DNA of 64,000 nucleotides from Rickettsiaceae bacterium (GTDB lineage Bacteria; Pseudomonadota; Alphaproteobacteria; Rickettsiales; Rickettsiaceae): NCBI GenBank assembly GCA_049739405.1, contig JBMGNO010000002.1, positions 619 to 64,618 of the forward strand, read 5' to 3'. Shown piece by piece: positions 46,392 to 57,673 of this stretch (position 1 is its first letter; each line of letters starts with the position of its first letter). The notes under the pieces were generated by a model. It saw only the letters and a program-made list of their open reading frames with translations, ran no database searches and was not told where the DNA came from. The position numbers and the translations under genes were made by a program.

Positions 46392-47871
46392 ATGATTGCT
46401 AATTTGCCAATTTTATCTATTACAATGCTAATTCCATTTGCTAGCGCTTTGTACATAACTTTTTTTATAGGGCATAGTAAATCACAAAGAAAGGATTTAC
46501 ATGCAATATATGTGGCCATCTTATCGTCCATACTTACACTAATAGTATCAACTAGTATATTGTTTAGTTTTAAAGATAATGAGATGGGGTTTCAATTTGT
46601 AGAGCAATATTCACTAATTGATTCGATTGGCTTAGATTTTTTTGTTGGTGTGGATGGTATTTCTGTGTGTTTTGTTTTTCTAACAGCTTTATTAACAGCA
46701 ATCTGTATCATTACTAGCTTATTTACTGTGCACGATAGAATAAAAGAATATTTGTTTTTATTCTTACTATTAGAATCTCTCTGCATAGGTGCTTTTATTT
46801 CGCTAAACTTACTTTTGTTTTATTTCTTTTTTGAGGTTGTTCTGATACCGATGTATTTAATAATAGGAGTTTGGGGGGGGGGGCGATAGAATTTATGCTT
46901 CTTTAAAGTTTTTCTTATATACGTTTTTTGGTTCCCTTTTCTTTTTAATCTCTATTATATATATATATAATGATGTCGGCACGTTTAGTATCGTTGATTT
47001 ACCAAGCGCTTTATCCACGCTTCCCCTTCAGATACAAAAAACACTGTGGTTAGCAACGTTTATAGCTTTTGCAGTGAAAATTCCGATGTTACCCTTTCAC
47101 ACGTGGCTTCCTAATGCACACGTTCAGGCTCCAACCGCTGGATCTGTGATGTTAGCTGGCGTTTTGTTGAAATTAGGTGGGTATGCAATGCTTAGAGTAT
47201 CTCTGCCGATGTTCCCTGGGGCCACAGAGAGTTTCGCCATTTATGTTGTGTATTTGAGTGGTGCAGCTATTATCTACGCTTCTTTCGTCGCTTTTAAGCA
47301 AACAGATATGAAAAAAATGATAGCTTATTCTTCTGTAGCTCATATGGGGTATGTGACAGGGGGGATTTTTACACTATCTGAAATAGGGGTTAATGCTGCT
47401 GTTTTTCAGATGGTTAGTCACGGTCTTATTTCTTCTGCCTTGTTTTTAACTGTTGGCTTTTTATACAACAGGCACCACACTAAGGAAATTAGTAAATATG
47501 GTGGGGTGGTAGAGTCCATGCCCCTTCTTAGTGCTGGTTTTATGGTTGCGATGCTGGGGTCAATAGGTTTGCCAGGATTAAGTGGTTTTATTGGTGAGTT
47601 TTTGGGAATAATTAGTGTGTTTGCATATAATAAGACGGTAGGTGTTTTTTGTGCTTTTGGTGTGGTTCTGGGGGCTTTATATATGTTAAAACTGTATAAA
47701 GAAGTTGTGTTTGGGTGCGCTGGAGACGAGGTGAAGAAATTTGATGATTTAAAGGTAGAGGAGTATGTACCATTATTTATTCTTTGCTTTCTGATTATTT
47801 TTTTAGGAGTGTTTCCTAACTTTATTTTTTCTCTCCTTAATACCCCGGTTTATAATTTAATTAATATATAA
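46392..47871 (+). CDS. nuoM: NADH-quinone oxidoreductase subunit M (frameshift in G11 tract 46873-46883)
   Basis: First ORF ends IIGVWGGG; removing one G continues DRIYASLKFFLYT into KIPMLPFHTWLPNAHVQAPT. Confidence 0.93.
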
Positions 47872-47890
47872 AGTTAAAAGTATAAATAAT

Positions 47891-49288
47891 ATGTTTAGTA
47901 ATTTTATTATGTTCTTTCCAGAAATTTCACTAGCTTTGATATCTATGTTGATGCAGGTTGTTGCTGTTTTTTGCGAAAGGTCAATTAAAAAAGTTTTATT
48001 AGTAACTATTTTGTTGTGCGGTGGCGTTCTTAGCTTCTTGCTATTTAGTTCTGCGGAGTACGAATATTACGAAGGGAGCTTTTTAACATCATCGATAATA
48101 GACTTATTCAAAGCGGTTGTTTTAGGGTTAACCTTAATGAACATACTGATATATCGGGATTTTGTAAAAATTAGTAAGAAATCAATAAAGATGGAGTATG
48201 TTACTATCATGCTACTATCAACACTTGGAATATTTATCTCGATCTCTGCGCGAGATTTTTTACTTCTTTTTTGCGGTTTGGAGCTTCAGGCTTTGTCTGG
48301 GTATGCTTTAACCGCATTTAACACTAGGGATGAAAACTCGTCTGAAGCGGGGTTGAAATATTTTATACTAGGCGCTTTAATGAGCGGACTTATGCTATTA
48401 GGTATATCTTTTTTATATGGTTTTAGTGGTAGTATCAACTTTTTGGAGATAAAAGCTTTAATGAATGAAAAGCCAACCCTAGGCTTGGTTGTTGGTGGAG
48501 CATTGGTGCTTGCATCATTATTATTTAAACTTTCTGCGGCCCCTTTTCACATTTGGACTCCTGATGTGTATGAAGGTGCGCCCGTAGTAACAACAAGTTA
48601 CTTTGCTACGGCTCAGAAAATAGGGCTGTTGATAGTCTTTATTAACTTTATGGATGGTGTTATTGACGATTATTATGAATTATCTCAGAAAGCGTTGGAA
48701 ATAGTGGCTGTTATTTCAATGATTATTGGTTCACTAGGAGCGATTGGGCAAAAATCATTAAAGAGGCTGATGGCTTATAGTAGCATTTTAAATATGGGGT
48801 ATGTTCTTATGTCTTTAAGCTTGCATTCCATAGAGGGTAATAATTCGGGTTATATTTACATGTTAATATACTCTATTTCTACGGTTGGCTTCTTTGCTTG
48901 TCTTGTTGGGTTGCTTGGAGAGAGGGCTAATGGTGCAACTTTTGATGATTTAAAGGGATCTTCTATAAATAGAAAGGCCTTATCAGCATCAATTGCGGTT
49001 TTTATGTTTTCTATGATAGGTTTACCACCTTTTGCAGGTTTTTTTGGTAAGTATTATATTTTTATTCACGTGATGCAAAAAGATGGATTTATTTTGATTG
49101 GTGTGGCTGCTATAAGCACCCTGATAGCATCCTTCTACTATTTAAAAATTGTAAAATATTTATACTTCATGCGCTCACAAGAGGATGTAAAGAGAATACC
49201 GACAAAAAAAGGATTATGGTTAGTAACTACCATTTCTGTCACATTCACAATATTCTTTCTTGTATTTGCTCACAAATATATTGTTTAA
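47891..49288 (+). CDS. nuoN: NADH-quinone oxidoreductase subunit N
   Basis: EAGLKYF, FKLSAAPFHIWTPDVYEGAP, KRLMAYSS. Confidence 0.96.
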   Translation: MFSNFIMFFPEISLALISMLMQVVAVFCERSIKKVLLVTILLCGGVLSFLLFSSAEYEYYEGSFLTSSIIDLFKAVVLGLTLMNILIYRDFVKISKKSIKMEYVTIMLLSTLGIFISISARDFLLLFCGLELQALSGYALTAFNTRDENSSEAGLKYFILGALMSGLMLLGISFLYGFSGSINFLEIKALMNEKPTLGLVVGGALVLASLLFKLSAAPFHIWTPDVYEGAPVVTTSYFATAQKIGLLIVFINFMDGVIDDYYELSQKALEIVAVISMIIGSLGAIGQKSLKRLMAYSSILNMGYVLMSLSLHSIEGNNSGYIYMLIYSISTVGFFACLVGLLGERANGATFDDLKGSSINRKALSASIAVFMFSMIGLPPFAGFFGKYYIFIHVMQKDGFILIGVAAISTLIASFYYLKIVKYLYFMRSQEDVKRIPTKKGLWLVTTISVTFTIFFLVFAHKYIV

Positions 49289-49346
49289 AGTTAAAAAAGA
49301 CTTTAACTTTTGATTAACAAGGGTGTTTTTTGTTTAATTTTGTTAT

Positions 49347-50111
49347 ATGATTAGCATGAATTTTAAGTGGCTTGAAAACTATAATTTGATAAATTTAGAG
49401 AGTACTGATAGTACTAATACAGAAGCTTTAAACTTAGCTAGACACAGTATAAAGAATAACCATGTCATAGTAGCTGAAGAACAGTCAGCAAGTAGAGGAA
49501 GTCGAGGTAAAGGGTGGTTTACCATGCCAGGAAACTTAAATTGTAGTATCTTACTTGTGAATGTTGGGAATATTAAACACTGCTCTTCATTTCCTTTTAT
49601 TTTAGCTAATGTTTTGCAAAAAACCCTGCATTATTTTGCTCATCTAAATAATATTCAGTTAGACATAGCCTCCAAATGGCCGAACGACATTTTAATTAAT
49701 GGTAAGAAGGTTGCGGGTATTTTAGTAGAAACAATATCAGTCGATGGAGAGAATTATGTGGTCATTGGTTTTGGTATTAATGTTGTCTTAACCCCCGTGA
49801 TTACAAACGCTCAATTTTCTCCGACATCTTTAGCTAACGAGGGGTTGTATATTGATGATAAGAAAGAATTATTAAATTGTGTTATAGCTAACTTTGATAT
49901 AGAATACCAAAAATGGCTAATTAATAAGGACTTCAATCCGATTAGAAAAAAGTGGCTAGAAAATGCATATCATTTAAATGAGTGTATTACTATTACAGAT
50001 GGTCAAAAGAGAATATCTGGTATATTTAAAGATATTACTTCTATAGGGGAGATAGTTATGGAGCTTTCAAATGGTCGCGTGATATCATATAATCATGGCG
50101 ATGTAATTTAA
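49347..50111 (+). CDS. birA: Biotin-[acetyl-CoA carboxylase] ligase
   Basis: DSTN, AEEQSASRGS, KWPND, KVAGIL, GFGINV. Confidence 0.92.
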   Translation: MISMNFKWLENYNLINLESTDSTNTEALNLARHSIKNNHVIVAEEQSASRGSRGKGWFTMPGNLNCSILLVNVGNIKHCSSFPFILANVLQKTLHYFAHLNNIQLDIASKWPNDILINGKKVAGILVETISVDGENYVVIGFGINVVLTPVITNAQFSPTSLANEGLYIDDKKELLNCVIANFDIEYQKWLINKDFNPIRKKWLENAYHLNECITITDGQKRISGIFKDITSIGEIVMELSNGRVISYNHGDVI

Positions 50112-50121
50112 ATATATATAT

Positions 50122-50832
50122 ATGTCGATTGCAATTATATTAGTAGAACCCCAAATGGGAGAAAACATAGGAGCGGCCGCTCGGTCGATGAAAAACTTTG
50201 ACCTACAAGATTTAAGGGTAGTGAACCCTAGAGATGGGTGGCCTAATAAGAAAGCCTCACAAATGTCGGTAGGGGCAATTAACATAATCGATAAAGCAAA
50301 AATATTTCCAGACGTGAAGAGCGCTATTGCCGACCTAGACTATGTATATGCAACAACAGCTGCTGCTCGAGATATGAACAAAGAGCACGTTCTTTCTCGT
50401 GATTTACCACAAGAAAAAAGGGTTTGGAAAAATTGCGGCATTATGTTTGGTCGCGAGAATTGCGGTTTGAATAACCAAGAAATAAGTCACGCTAATAAGA
50501 TAGTAACTATCGATACAGATATACACTTTAGCTCTCTGAACATTGCTCATGCAGTCGCTGTTATCTGTTATGAGCTATTTCAGAGTAAAAAACAAAACCG
50601 CGAAGACTTACTCCCAAATTGTGAAAAGCTAGCTAAAAAAGAAGATTTAGAGTATTTTTATAGCAACTTGTTTGACCAACTTGAACGGAATGATTTTTTT
50701 AAAATACCAGAAAAACGTTTGCGTATTAGTCAAAAAATAAGGAACATTTTCGAAAGAGTCGATAATTTGTCTCATGTAGAGCTACAAACTCTTAGGGGTG
50801 TAGTAAAAGTTTTATCAAAAGAAAAAGAGTAA
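50122..50832 (+). CDS. TrmJ/TrmH-family RNA methyltransferase
   Basis: ENIGAAARSMKNF, FGRENCGL, SSLNIAHAV. Confidence 0.9.
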   Translation: MSIAIILVEPQMGENIGAAARSMKNFDLQDLRVVNPRDGWPNKKASQMSVGAINIIDKAKIFPDVKSAIADLDYVYATTAAARDMNKEHVLSRDLPQEKRVWKNCGIMFGRENCGLNNQEISHANKIVTIDTDIHFSSLNIAHAVAVICYELFQSKKQNREDLLPNCEKLAKKEDLEYFYSNLFDQLERNDFFKIPEKRLRISQKIRNIFERVDNLSHVELQTLRGVVKVLSKEKE

Positions 50833-50834
50833 TT

Positions 50835-51332
50835 ATGAATTATTTTACCTTACTTGACATGGAAGAAAAATATAAGATTGATTCAAGGAGATTAAAGGCG
50901 CAATATTTGAAAGCTCTGCAGTTATATCACCCAGATAGAGCCCAAATCGGTGAGGCTAAAGATTACATAGAAAGGTCGATGCGTATAAATGAAGCCTACA
51001 AAATTCTTTCTGATGACTATGAAAGAGCGAAATATATACTTTTGCAAAAGGGGTATGATTTTCAAGAGGAGTCTCTGCGCAAGGTAATGAGTTTTGATGA
51101 TTTAGAAGGGGTTTTAGAGGATTATAGTTTAGTTGATAATACGAATGACATATTGGCGTTAAAATACAAGGAAAAGGCGAAAAGGGGCGATATTCAAGAT
51201 GTGGTTCTCGTCTTGAACAATTCTTTTGAAGCTGGGGATTTTTCGAAAGCTCTTGATTATACCGTCAGATTAAAGTATCTTACCAATTTAGTAAGAAACA
51301 TAAAGCTAAAAATCAAAAATGCAAATAGTTGA
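50835..51332 (+). CDS. hscB: Fe-S co-chaperone HscB
   Basis: NYFTLL, YHPD, INEAYKIL; upstream of hscA. Confidence 0.9.
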   Translation: MNYFTLLDMEEKYKIDSRRLKAQYLKALQLYHPDRAQIGEAKDYIERSMRINEAYKILSDDYERAKYILLQKGYDFQEESLRKVMSFDDLEGVLEDYSLVDNTNDILALKYKEKAKRGDIQDVVLVLNNSFEAGDFSKALDYTVRLKYLTNLVRNIKLKIKNANS

Positions 51333-53121
51333 AATAGCAGAGCCTGGTTCAGGCGCTCCAGAAGAAGAGGTGATCGTAGGTATTGATTTTGGTACAACAA
51401 ACTCTTTAATTGCTATATCACAACAGGGGCAAGTGAAGGTTATCAAACTAAGTAATGAAAAAGATTTTTGTCCATCAATTATATCCTGGAGTGATAGTAA
51501 AATTTCTGTAGGAGAAGTTGTTTTTGATAATAGTTTTTTTTCGATAAAAAGATACCTAGCTAAATCATCTCAAGACATAAGTGGTAGTAGCTTTTTGTCA
51601 AAGCAATCACCGTTAATTAATTTAAACGAACAAGATCCAAAAGTTAATTTTCGTGGAAAAAATACCAGTCTAACGGAGTTATCTGCTGAGATATTTAAAT
51701 ATTTAGTGCATAGTGCTGAAAAGTCTTTGGGGTGCGATGTAAAAAATGCAGTCATATCGGTTCCAGCACATTTTGATGACAATGAAAGGGGGCAAGTTAT
51801 GCTTGCTGCCAAGGTGGCTGGTCTGCAAGTTAAAAGGTTGATAGCAGAGCCCACTGCAGCAGCTTATGCGTATGGTTTAAACCGTCAAAAAGAAGGATCT
51901 TATTTAGTGTATGATTTTGGAGGTGGAACTTTTGACGTATCGGTTTTGAATATGAGTTTGGGAGTTCTGCAGGTTGTATCCACTGATGGTGACAATATGC
52001 TGGGGGGGGATGATATTGACTTGTTAATTGCTAATTATATCTCTAGTAAGTATGGGGTTGAGTATAATCGAGATCTTTTGTTGATTTCCAAATCTATAAA
52101 AGAAGAAATGTCTCAAAATATAACAGTTCATAAAACTTATCAAAATATCAAAATTAATATATCAAGAAAAGAGTTTGATGATATTATTAAAGATACTATA
52201 GTAAAGACCATTAAAATCGCCTCTAATGCACTAGAAGAAGCTGGAGAAATTAGTTTAGATGGTATTATTTTAGTTGGTGGTTCTACTAGAATACCTCTTA
52301 TTTCCCAAATGTTAAAAAGTGAATTTGATGTTGAGATTTTATCCGACCTAGACCCTGATAAGATTGTAGCAATGGGAGCGGCTATGCAGGCAGAAAACCT
52401 TGCTACAAAATCAAGCTCGCTACTTATTGATGTTGTTCCACTATCATTGGGAATAGAGTTATATGGTGGAATAGTTGAAAAGATTATTTTACGAAATACC
52501 CCGATACCATTTTCAATAACCAAAGAGTTTACTACGCACGTTGATAATCAGACGGGAATAAAGCTACACATCATTCAAGGTGAAAGAGAGTCGGTTTTAG
52601 ACTGTCGGTCACTTGCTCATTTTGAGTTAAAGGGTATATTACCTCAGAAAGCGGGGAAAGCTCGCATAGAAGTAACATTTTCCATTGATACCGATGCTAT
52701 ATTATCAGTGTCTGCTCGCGATGCAGGGACTGGTTTGTTAAAGGAAGTTGCAATTAAACCGAGTTATGGGATAACAGAAGATGATATAGTGGCGGACTTA
52801 AAGTCGGCTTACGAAAATGCACAAAATGATCACGAGCATCGCTTGCTACTTGAAGCGAGGGTTCAGGCAAAGGGGTTGATAGAGGGAGTTATTGCTGCTA
52901 TAAAAGAAACACCAGATGTTCTAAATGAAGAAGAAAAAAAGTCGATTGAAGAGTCCATCAAGGCCTTAGAAAGTATTTTGGGTGGCGATAATCGAGACCG
53001 GATCATAGTGAGTATGGATAAATTAAATAAACATGCATCTAGTTTTATTCAAAAACATTTAGATCAAGGGGCAAAGGAGCATCTTAAGGGGCGTAATATT
53101 AATGAAGTTAAATTAAAATAA
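51319..53121 (+). CDS. hscA: Fe-S chaperone HscA
   Basis: [31 protein letters not shown]; hscB-hscA-fdx order. Confidence 0.93.
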   Translation: MQIVEIAEPGSGAPEEEVIVGIDFGTTNSLIAISQQGQVKVIKLSNEKDFCPSIISWSDSKISVGEVVFDNSFFSIKRYLAKSSQDISGSSFLSKQSPLINLNEQDPKVNFRGKNTSLTELSAEIFKYLVHSAEKSLGCDVKNAVISVPAHFDDNERGQVMLAAKVAGLQVKRLIAEPTAAAYAYGLNRQKEGSYLVYDFGGGTFDVSVLNMSLGVLQVVSTDGDNMLGGDDIDLLIANYISSKYGVEYNRDLLLISKSIKEEMSQNITVHKTYQNIKINISRKEFDDIIKDTIVKTIKIASNALEEAGEISLDGIILVGGSTRIPLISQMLKSEFDVEILSDLDPDKIVAMGAAMQAENLATKSSSLLIDVVPLSLGIELYGGIVEKIILRNTPIPFSITKEFTTHVDNQTGIKLHIIQGERESVLDCRSLAHFELKGILPQKAGKARIEVTFSIDTDAILSVSARDAGTGLLKEVAIKPSYGITEDDIVADLKSAYENAQNDHEHRLLLEARVQAKGLIEGVIAAIKETPDVLNEEEKKSIEESIKALESILGGDNRDRIIVSMDKLNKHASSFIQKHLDQGAKEHLKGRNINEVKLK

Positions 53122-53131
53122 AATTGTAATA

Positions 53132-53470
53132 ATGTCAGTAGAAAAAATAAAAATAATCTTTGTTGAAGGGAACAAAGAAACGGAAATAGAAGCAATGGTC
53201 GGGCTCTCTATTTTGGAAGTTGCCCATCATAATAAAGTTGATTTAGAAGGAGCTTGTGAGGGGTCTTTAGCTTGCGCAACTTGCCATGTAGTTTTAGAAG
53301 AAAAGGTCTACAACCAACTAGATGAGCCAGAAGAGGCGGAAGAGGATATGCTTGATTTAGCCTTTGGTTTGACGCATACTTCAAGATTAGGGTGTCAGAT
53401 TATTTTGACAAAAGATTTAGATGGTATGAGGGTAGTATTGCCATCAGCAACAAGAAATATTAGCGTGTAA
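53132..53470 (+). CDS. fdx: 2Fe-2S ferredoxin (ISC type)
   Basis: [17 protein letters not shown]. Confidence 0.95.
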   Translation: MSVEKIKIIFVEGNKETEIEAMVGLSILEVAHHNKVDLEGACEGSLACATCHVVLEEKVYNQLDEPEEAEEDMLDLAFGLTHTSRLGCQIILTKDLDGMRVVLPSATRNISV

Positions 53471-53478
53471 GGGTTTTT

Positions 53479-54414
53479 GTGATTAGAAGAGCTTTATTAT
53501 TAATATCGGTACTATACATTTTGATATGGTTTTTAGCGGCTCATTTGATAAAGAATGAGGCTGTTAAAGGGGTATCGCGTATTAGTAATGATAATATAAG
53601 GCTTTCCTACGATAAAGTTAATGTATCTGGGTTTCCTTTCTTTTGGAGGTTGAGATTTGATGACTTTCGAATTATTTCAACAGACCATGATGGCTTGGGG
53701 GAAATAAAGCTAGATTTTATTGCGCTTGAGCATAAAATATATAGTTCAGAAGTGACCTTATCAAAGCGGGTGCTATTTGATGATTTGAAAAACGTAGAGA
53801 ATAAGTTTATTTCTGGTGCTAAGTCTGAGTATGAGCCTGTAATTAGGGTGACTTACAGCGAGCCAGTATTATTTCCAAATAAATCGAATATTAAAGAGTA
53901 TTTTGCAGAGTTATATTTTTCATTGCCAAGTGTAAAGTACTTCTCCCCGAAAAAGATACTAGCTGACTTGAAAAATTTAGAAATATTACTAACTAGGGTA
54001 AAGAGTGATAATCTTAATACATACCAACTTACTAAGTCTTTTGACTTTACTCCTAAAATGGGAATTGACTATATTAAAAGCGCCAAAATGCTAGTTGACG
54101 TAGAGTACGTTTCGCCGAGGACGAAAATTGAAAAAAGTAGTTTGGGGTATAATTACAAAATTCAGTTTAATAAGTTTAATTTTAAATATGATGACTCTCA
54201 AATGAATTTGGGTGGAGTTGTAACTTTATCAAGTGGTGAAATGCCTAAAGGACAGTTGAAATTTTTGATGCGTAACCATGAAGAATTAGTTGACTGGTTC
54301 TCGGATTACCTTGGTTTATCTAAAAAGTTTATTACAGAATATTTAAAATATAATATAAGAACTGTAAATGATAGTAATCTATACCACTCGCAGTTAGATT
54401 TAATTTTTGAGTAA
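53479..54414 (+). CDS. Hypothetical membrane-anchored protein (DUF2125-like N terminus)
   Basis: N-terminal TM YILIWF followed by VSGFPF. Confidence 0.55.
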   Translation: MIRRALLLISVLYILIWFLAAHLIKNEAVKGVSRISNDNIRLSYDKVNVSGFPFFWRLRFDDFRIISTDHDGLGEIKLDFIALEHKIYSSEVTLSKRVLFDDLKNVENKFISGAKSEYEPVIRVTYSEPVLFPNKSNIKEYFAELYFSLPSVKYFSPKKILADLKNLEILLTRVKSDNLNTYQLTKSFDFTPKMGIDYIKSAKMLVDVEYVSPRTKIEKSSLGYNYKIQFNKFNFKYDDSQMNLGGVVTLSSGEMPKGQLKFLMRNHEELVDWFSDYLGLSKKFITEYLKYNIRTVNDSNLYHSQLDLIFE

Positions 54415-54416
54415 TT

Positions 54417-57077
54417 TTATTCTCTGCGCGCTAAGTGTTTATAGTCATCATATTTTGCAATACAGTTTGCAATAGGGTATTGGTTTTCTTTGACATAATG
54501 GCTTAGTAAACTAATCAAACCTTGTTGGTGACTTAACACTTCTTTTTCGTTGAGATTTATAATTGTTTTAGTGATGTAAGGACTTTTGCTATTAATTTTA
54601 ATATATACTAGCTCATAGCAAGTGTTGTTTTGACTGTTGGTGGCTAATTCTTTGAAACCTTGGCTTCGGGCGATTATTGCTTCAACAATCATTTGTGGAG
54701 CTAAGCCCGAGAGCACTTCACTTTTTGAAGGGATGCTACCAGTTTTATAATCGATAATAGACAAGGCTCCATTATTTTTAATTTCTATTCTATCGGCTAT
54801 TGCGGCTATTTCGACATTTCTGTTTGATATATTTAGTGCTATTTTACCCTTTATTTCGCTGAAAGTATGCAGCGAATCTTCCCTTTGATTTTCATCAAAA
54901 TCGATTATCTCTTCTGCCATTGCATCTATTCTTATTTGCCATATTTTCTTATTATTTTCTGGGGCTATATTTTCTTTTAAAGACTCTTCAGCGATGTCCC
55001 TTATTTTTTGTGGCTTGTCGGTTTGTTTCGCATCATACTGTTTTGTATATTTTTCAAGAACTAAGTGAAAAAAGTTACCAAAATCGGCTAAGCTTGGCTT
55101 TTCACTTATTTCTTCAGTTTTGCGTAGATTTAGAATTTTTTTGCAATAAAAGTTATAAGGTGACTTAATTAAAAGCTCAATATCTGTTGCGTATAATAGA
55201 TTTGGAAAACGTGTTGTTCTCACGTGCTTATCTGTGGTGCAACTTGGCGGAGGCGTTTTTTGTACAATATGTTGCGTTTTCAGCGCCTCGTTCATTATTT
55301 TTTTTAAGCTAAGTATAAATTGAGATGGAAGAGTGTTTTTGTTAGTTATATCAGTTTTGCTGCGGGTTAGCAGCACCTTGTTGTTCTGTAAATTAAGATA
55401 AAACTCATAAAAACTATCATTGAGTTTGTTTTTTAAACTTGGTAAACCTAGTTTTTGCTGTAAGTCTTGGTTAATCCAAGGGTTATTGTTTTTAAGGTTT
55501 GGATAGACATCTTCATTCATTTCGCCCATGATGACTAAATCATAGTTGATTAAACTTACGTTACTTGGTTTTGTGATAGTTATATTATTCTTAAGTGTTT
55601 TTGGAAAAAATCGCCCCCCATTTAGTGCTTGTTTTAGTATGTCGGAAAAGTCTTGCCTGTCGTTAATAACAAATAAACTATTTAAACCATGCAATTCCCT
55701 CAGGGGTGCAATGGACTCTGGAAATAATTGCCATATGTTTGTTACAACATTTTCTGTTACTAGTAGGGAGTTTTTTAATAAAGCGGTAAAGTTATTGGAC
55801 CTTGTTGTTTTCGAAAGAGCCTTGTTTATTTTAGCAAAATAGTCTTGTAAATCTATTGACTCCTTGTTGAGTATAGTTTTTATAGTTTTCATGCTGTTAG
55901 CAAATCGATTATTATTTCGGATTGCTTCCTTTAGTGTTAAGGACAAATCGCTTTGTATTAGGGGGTGAGACAAAAAAGCAAATAGCTTTGATAGTTTAAA
56001 TTTACCGTATAATAAATCGGTAATAGTCAAGATAAGTGATATAGCAGGGCAAGTTAGAATGTCCCAACCAAATTGGTCGCCGTAAGATAATTGGTATTTG
56101 TCTAAATAAAAACTGTAAAGCTGTTTCATTTGCTGGTTATGAGCGATAATAGCAATGGAGTGGTTAGGGTTTTTTTCTATAAGCTTTCTACACTCTAAAG
56201 CAGTATACTCAGCTTCTTGAAAAACATTGTTAAATTCCAGATAGCTTATATCTGGTGCCTTGTCTTGAGATTGGTGATTAACAATTAATCTATCAACAAA
56301 ACTAGATATCCACACGGACTCTACCTGTTTATTTTCTGGTAATAGAGAGAATATTTGCGGAGTATACTGATTGATCTTTGACAATTTATTATAAGGGAAT
56401 GGTGGTAAAATTATATCACAATTATCCATTTCACTTACTTCTTTTACAAAGTTTTTAGTAATTAAATTATCTATTTTAATACCGGCTAGGATTAAAATAT
56501 TAGAATTATCTTTCTTTAACCAGTTAACTTCTGACTCAAGTATTTTTTTTTGATATTCGGCCTTTGTGATTTTGTTGATAGAGTGGATATTTTTTTGCCA
56601 AGAAGAGTATGTATGGTCAATGAAGTTATAAATTTTTAGCCAGTGCTCTGGTTTGTCTAGGTCGGGCAGTTTAGAAAGCTCTGGTAGGTCGATTTCATGA
56701 GATTCTAGTTCAAAGAATAAATTTGCTAAGGATGTAGATAAGCGTAATGATTGAACTTGATTATAGTTTAAATCTGGATACTCAAAAATTATTTTTGCTA
56801 ATATAATTTTTTCTTCAAGTTTTGTGATGCTACCAACATGTTTTGAGGGGATCTTAAAGATCTCTTCGCTTTCAAACGTCATTTCATTAATAGAGATGAT
56901 TTGTGGCAAAATTGCGGCGCCAATCTTACTCAATATAATAGTTTGCAACTGATTGCAGGCTAACCCGCTGGGCAAAACAATTTTTACTTTCTCTAAGCTT
57001 TTTTTATGATTTTTAATTACTATATTTGCCAGTTCATTAAGAAAGCCCTCTTTACCGCTTGTTTGATATGTTGTCAT
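54417..57077 (-). CDS. AddB-like PD-(D/E)XK nuclease
   Basis: C-terminal SPYNFYCKKIL, FGNFFH, ADRIE, IIDYKTG, DYKHLAR. Confidence 0.85.
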   Translation of the reverse strand: MTTYQTSGKEGFLNELANIVIKNHKKSLEKVKIVLPSGLACNQLQTIILSKIGAAILPQIISINEMTFESEEIFKIPSKHVGSITKLEEKIILAKIIFEYPDLNYNQVQSLRLSTSLANLFFELESHEIDLPELSKLPDLDKPEHWLKIYNFIDHTYSSWQKNIHSINKITKAEYQKKILESEVNWLKKDNSNILILAGIKIDNLITKNFVKEVSEMDNCDIILPPFPYNKLSKINQYTPQIFSLLPENKQVESVWISSFVDRLIVNHQSQDKAPDISYLEFNNVFQEAEYTALECRKLIEKNPNHSIAIIAHNQQMKQLYSFYLDKYQLSYGDQFGWDILTCPAISLILTITDLLYGKFKLSKLFAFLSHPLIQSDLSLTLKEAIRNNNRFANSMKTIKTILNKESIDLQDYFAKINKALSKTTRSNNFTALLKNSLLVTENVVTNIWQLFPESIAPLRELHGLNSLFVINDRQDFSDILKQALNGGRFFPKTLKNNITITKPSNVSLINYDLVIMGEMNEDVYPNLKNNNPWINQDLQQKLGLPSLKNKLNDSFYEFYLNLQNNKVLLTRSKTDITNKNTLPSQFILSLKKIMNEALKTQHIVQKTPPPSCTTDKHVRTTRFPNLLYATDIELLIKSPYNFYCKKILNLRKTEEISEKPSLADFGNFFHLVLEKYTKQYDAKQTDKPQKIRDIAEESLKENIAPENNKKIWQIRIDAMAEEIIDFDENQREDSLHTFSEIKGKIALNISNRNVEIAAIADRIEIKNNGALSIIDYKTGSIPSKSEVLSGLAPQMIVEAIIARSQGFKELATNSQNNTCYELVYIKINSKSPYITKTIINLNEKEVLSHQQGLISLLSHYVKENQYPIANCIAKYDDYKHLARRE

Positions 57078-57503
57078 TTAAAATATAAGTATAAAGGAAT
57101 AATAAAATAGCTTTGCAATGAATGATATTAGTAGAACCTGTTTAAAACATAGTCTAGCAACCCCTGCAAAAAACACTATAAACTTACCATAAATAGACAT
57201 CGCGCTAAGGAATAAAAATAATCGAAATATTTTGTTATTTTTTAGTGCTATAAAAAAATCATTATTTTCTTGGCCTTTCTCATTTTGCAAAGGCTTTATG
57301 ATTGAAAAGGTAATCTTTCCTAGGTAATAATTTGCTATGTAAGCAAGCATTGATGCGCTAATTACGACTATTAAGGTTATAAAGATATTATGATTATTAA
57401 AGGCTGAAACGGTTTGAAGAGCTACTTCTCCGGTAAAACTAAAGGCTAAATTAGCAAATAATGTGTCGGTAAAGATCAAGCTATAAAATTCTACAAGATT
57501 CAT
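57078..57503 (-). CDS. YqaA/DedA-like membrane protein
   Basis: Hydrophobic; ANYYLGK and FFAG..R pattern. Confidence 0.55.
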   Translation of the reverse strand: MNLVEFYSLIFTDTLFANLAFSFTGEVALQTVSAFNNHNIFITLIVVISASMLAYIANYYLGKITFSIIKPLQNEKGQENNDFFIALKNNKIFRLFLFLSAMSIYGKFIVFFAGVARLCFKQVLLISFIAKLFYYSFILIF

Positions 57504-57673
57504 GTTTATTCCTAATGTAAGTTATATTGACAAAATTATTTTAACTACAAAATTTTTATATGCACATAAAAAATTAAATTAATTTTGCTTTTTTTCTGAT
57601 TAATGGCTTGCAAACGCGTGATGCACGAAGTACGATAAGCAATATAAAATTAAAATTAACAGCGAGAATAAAC

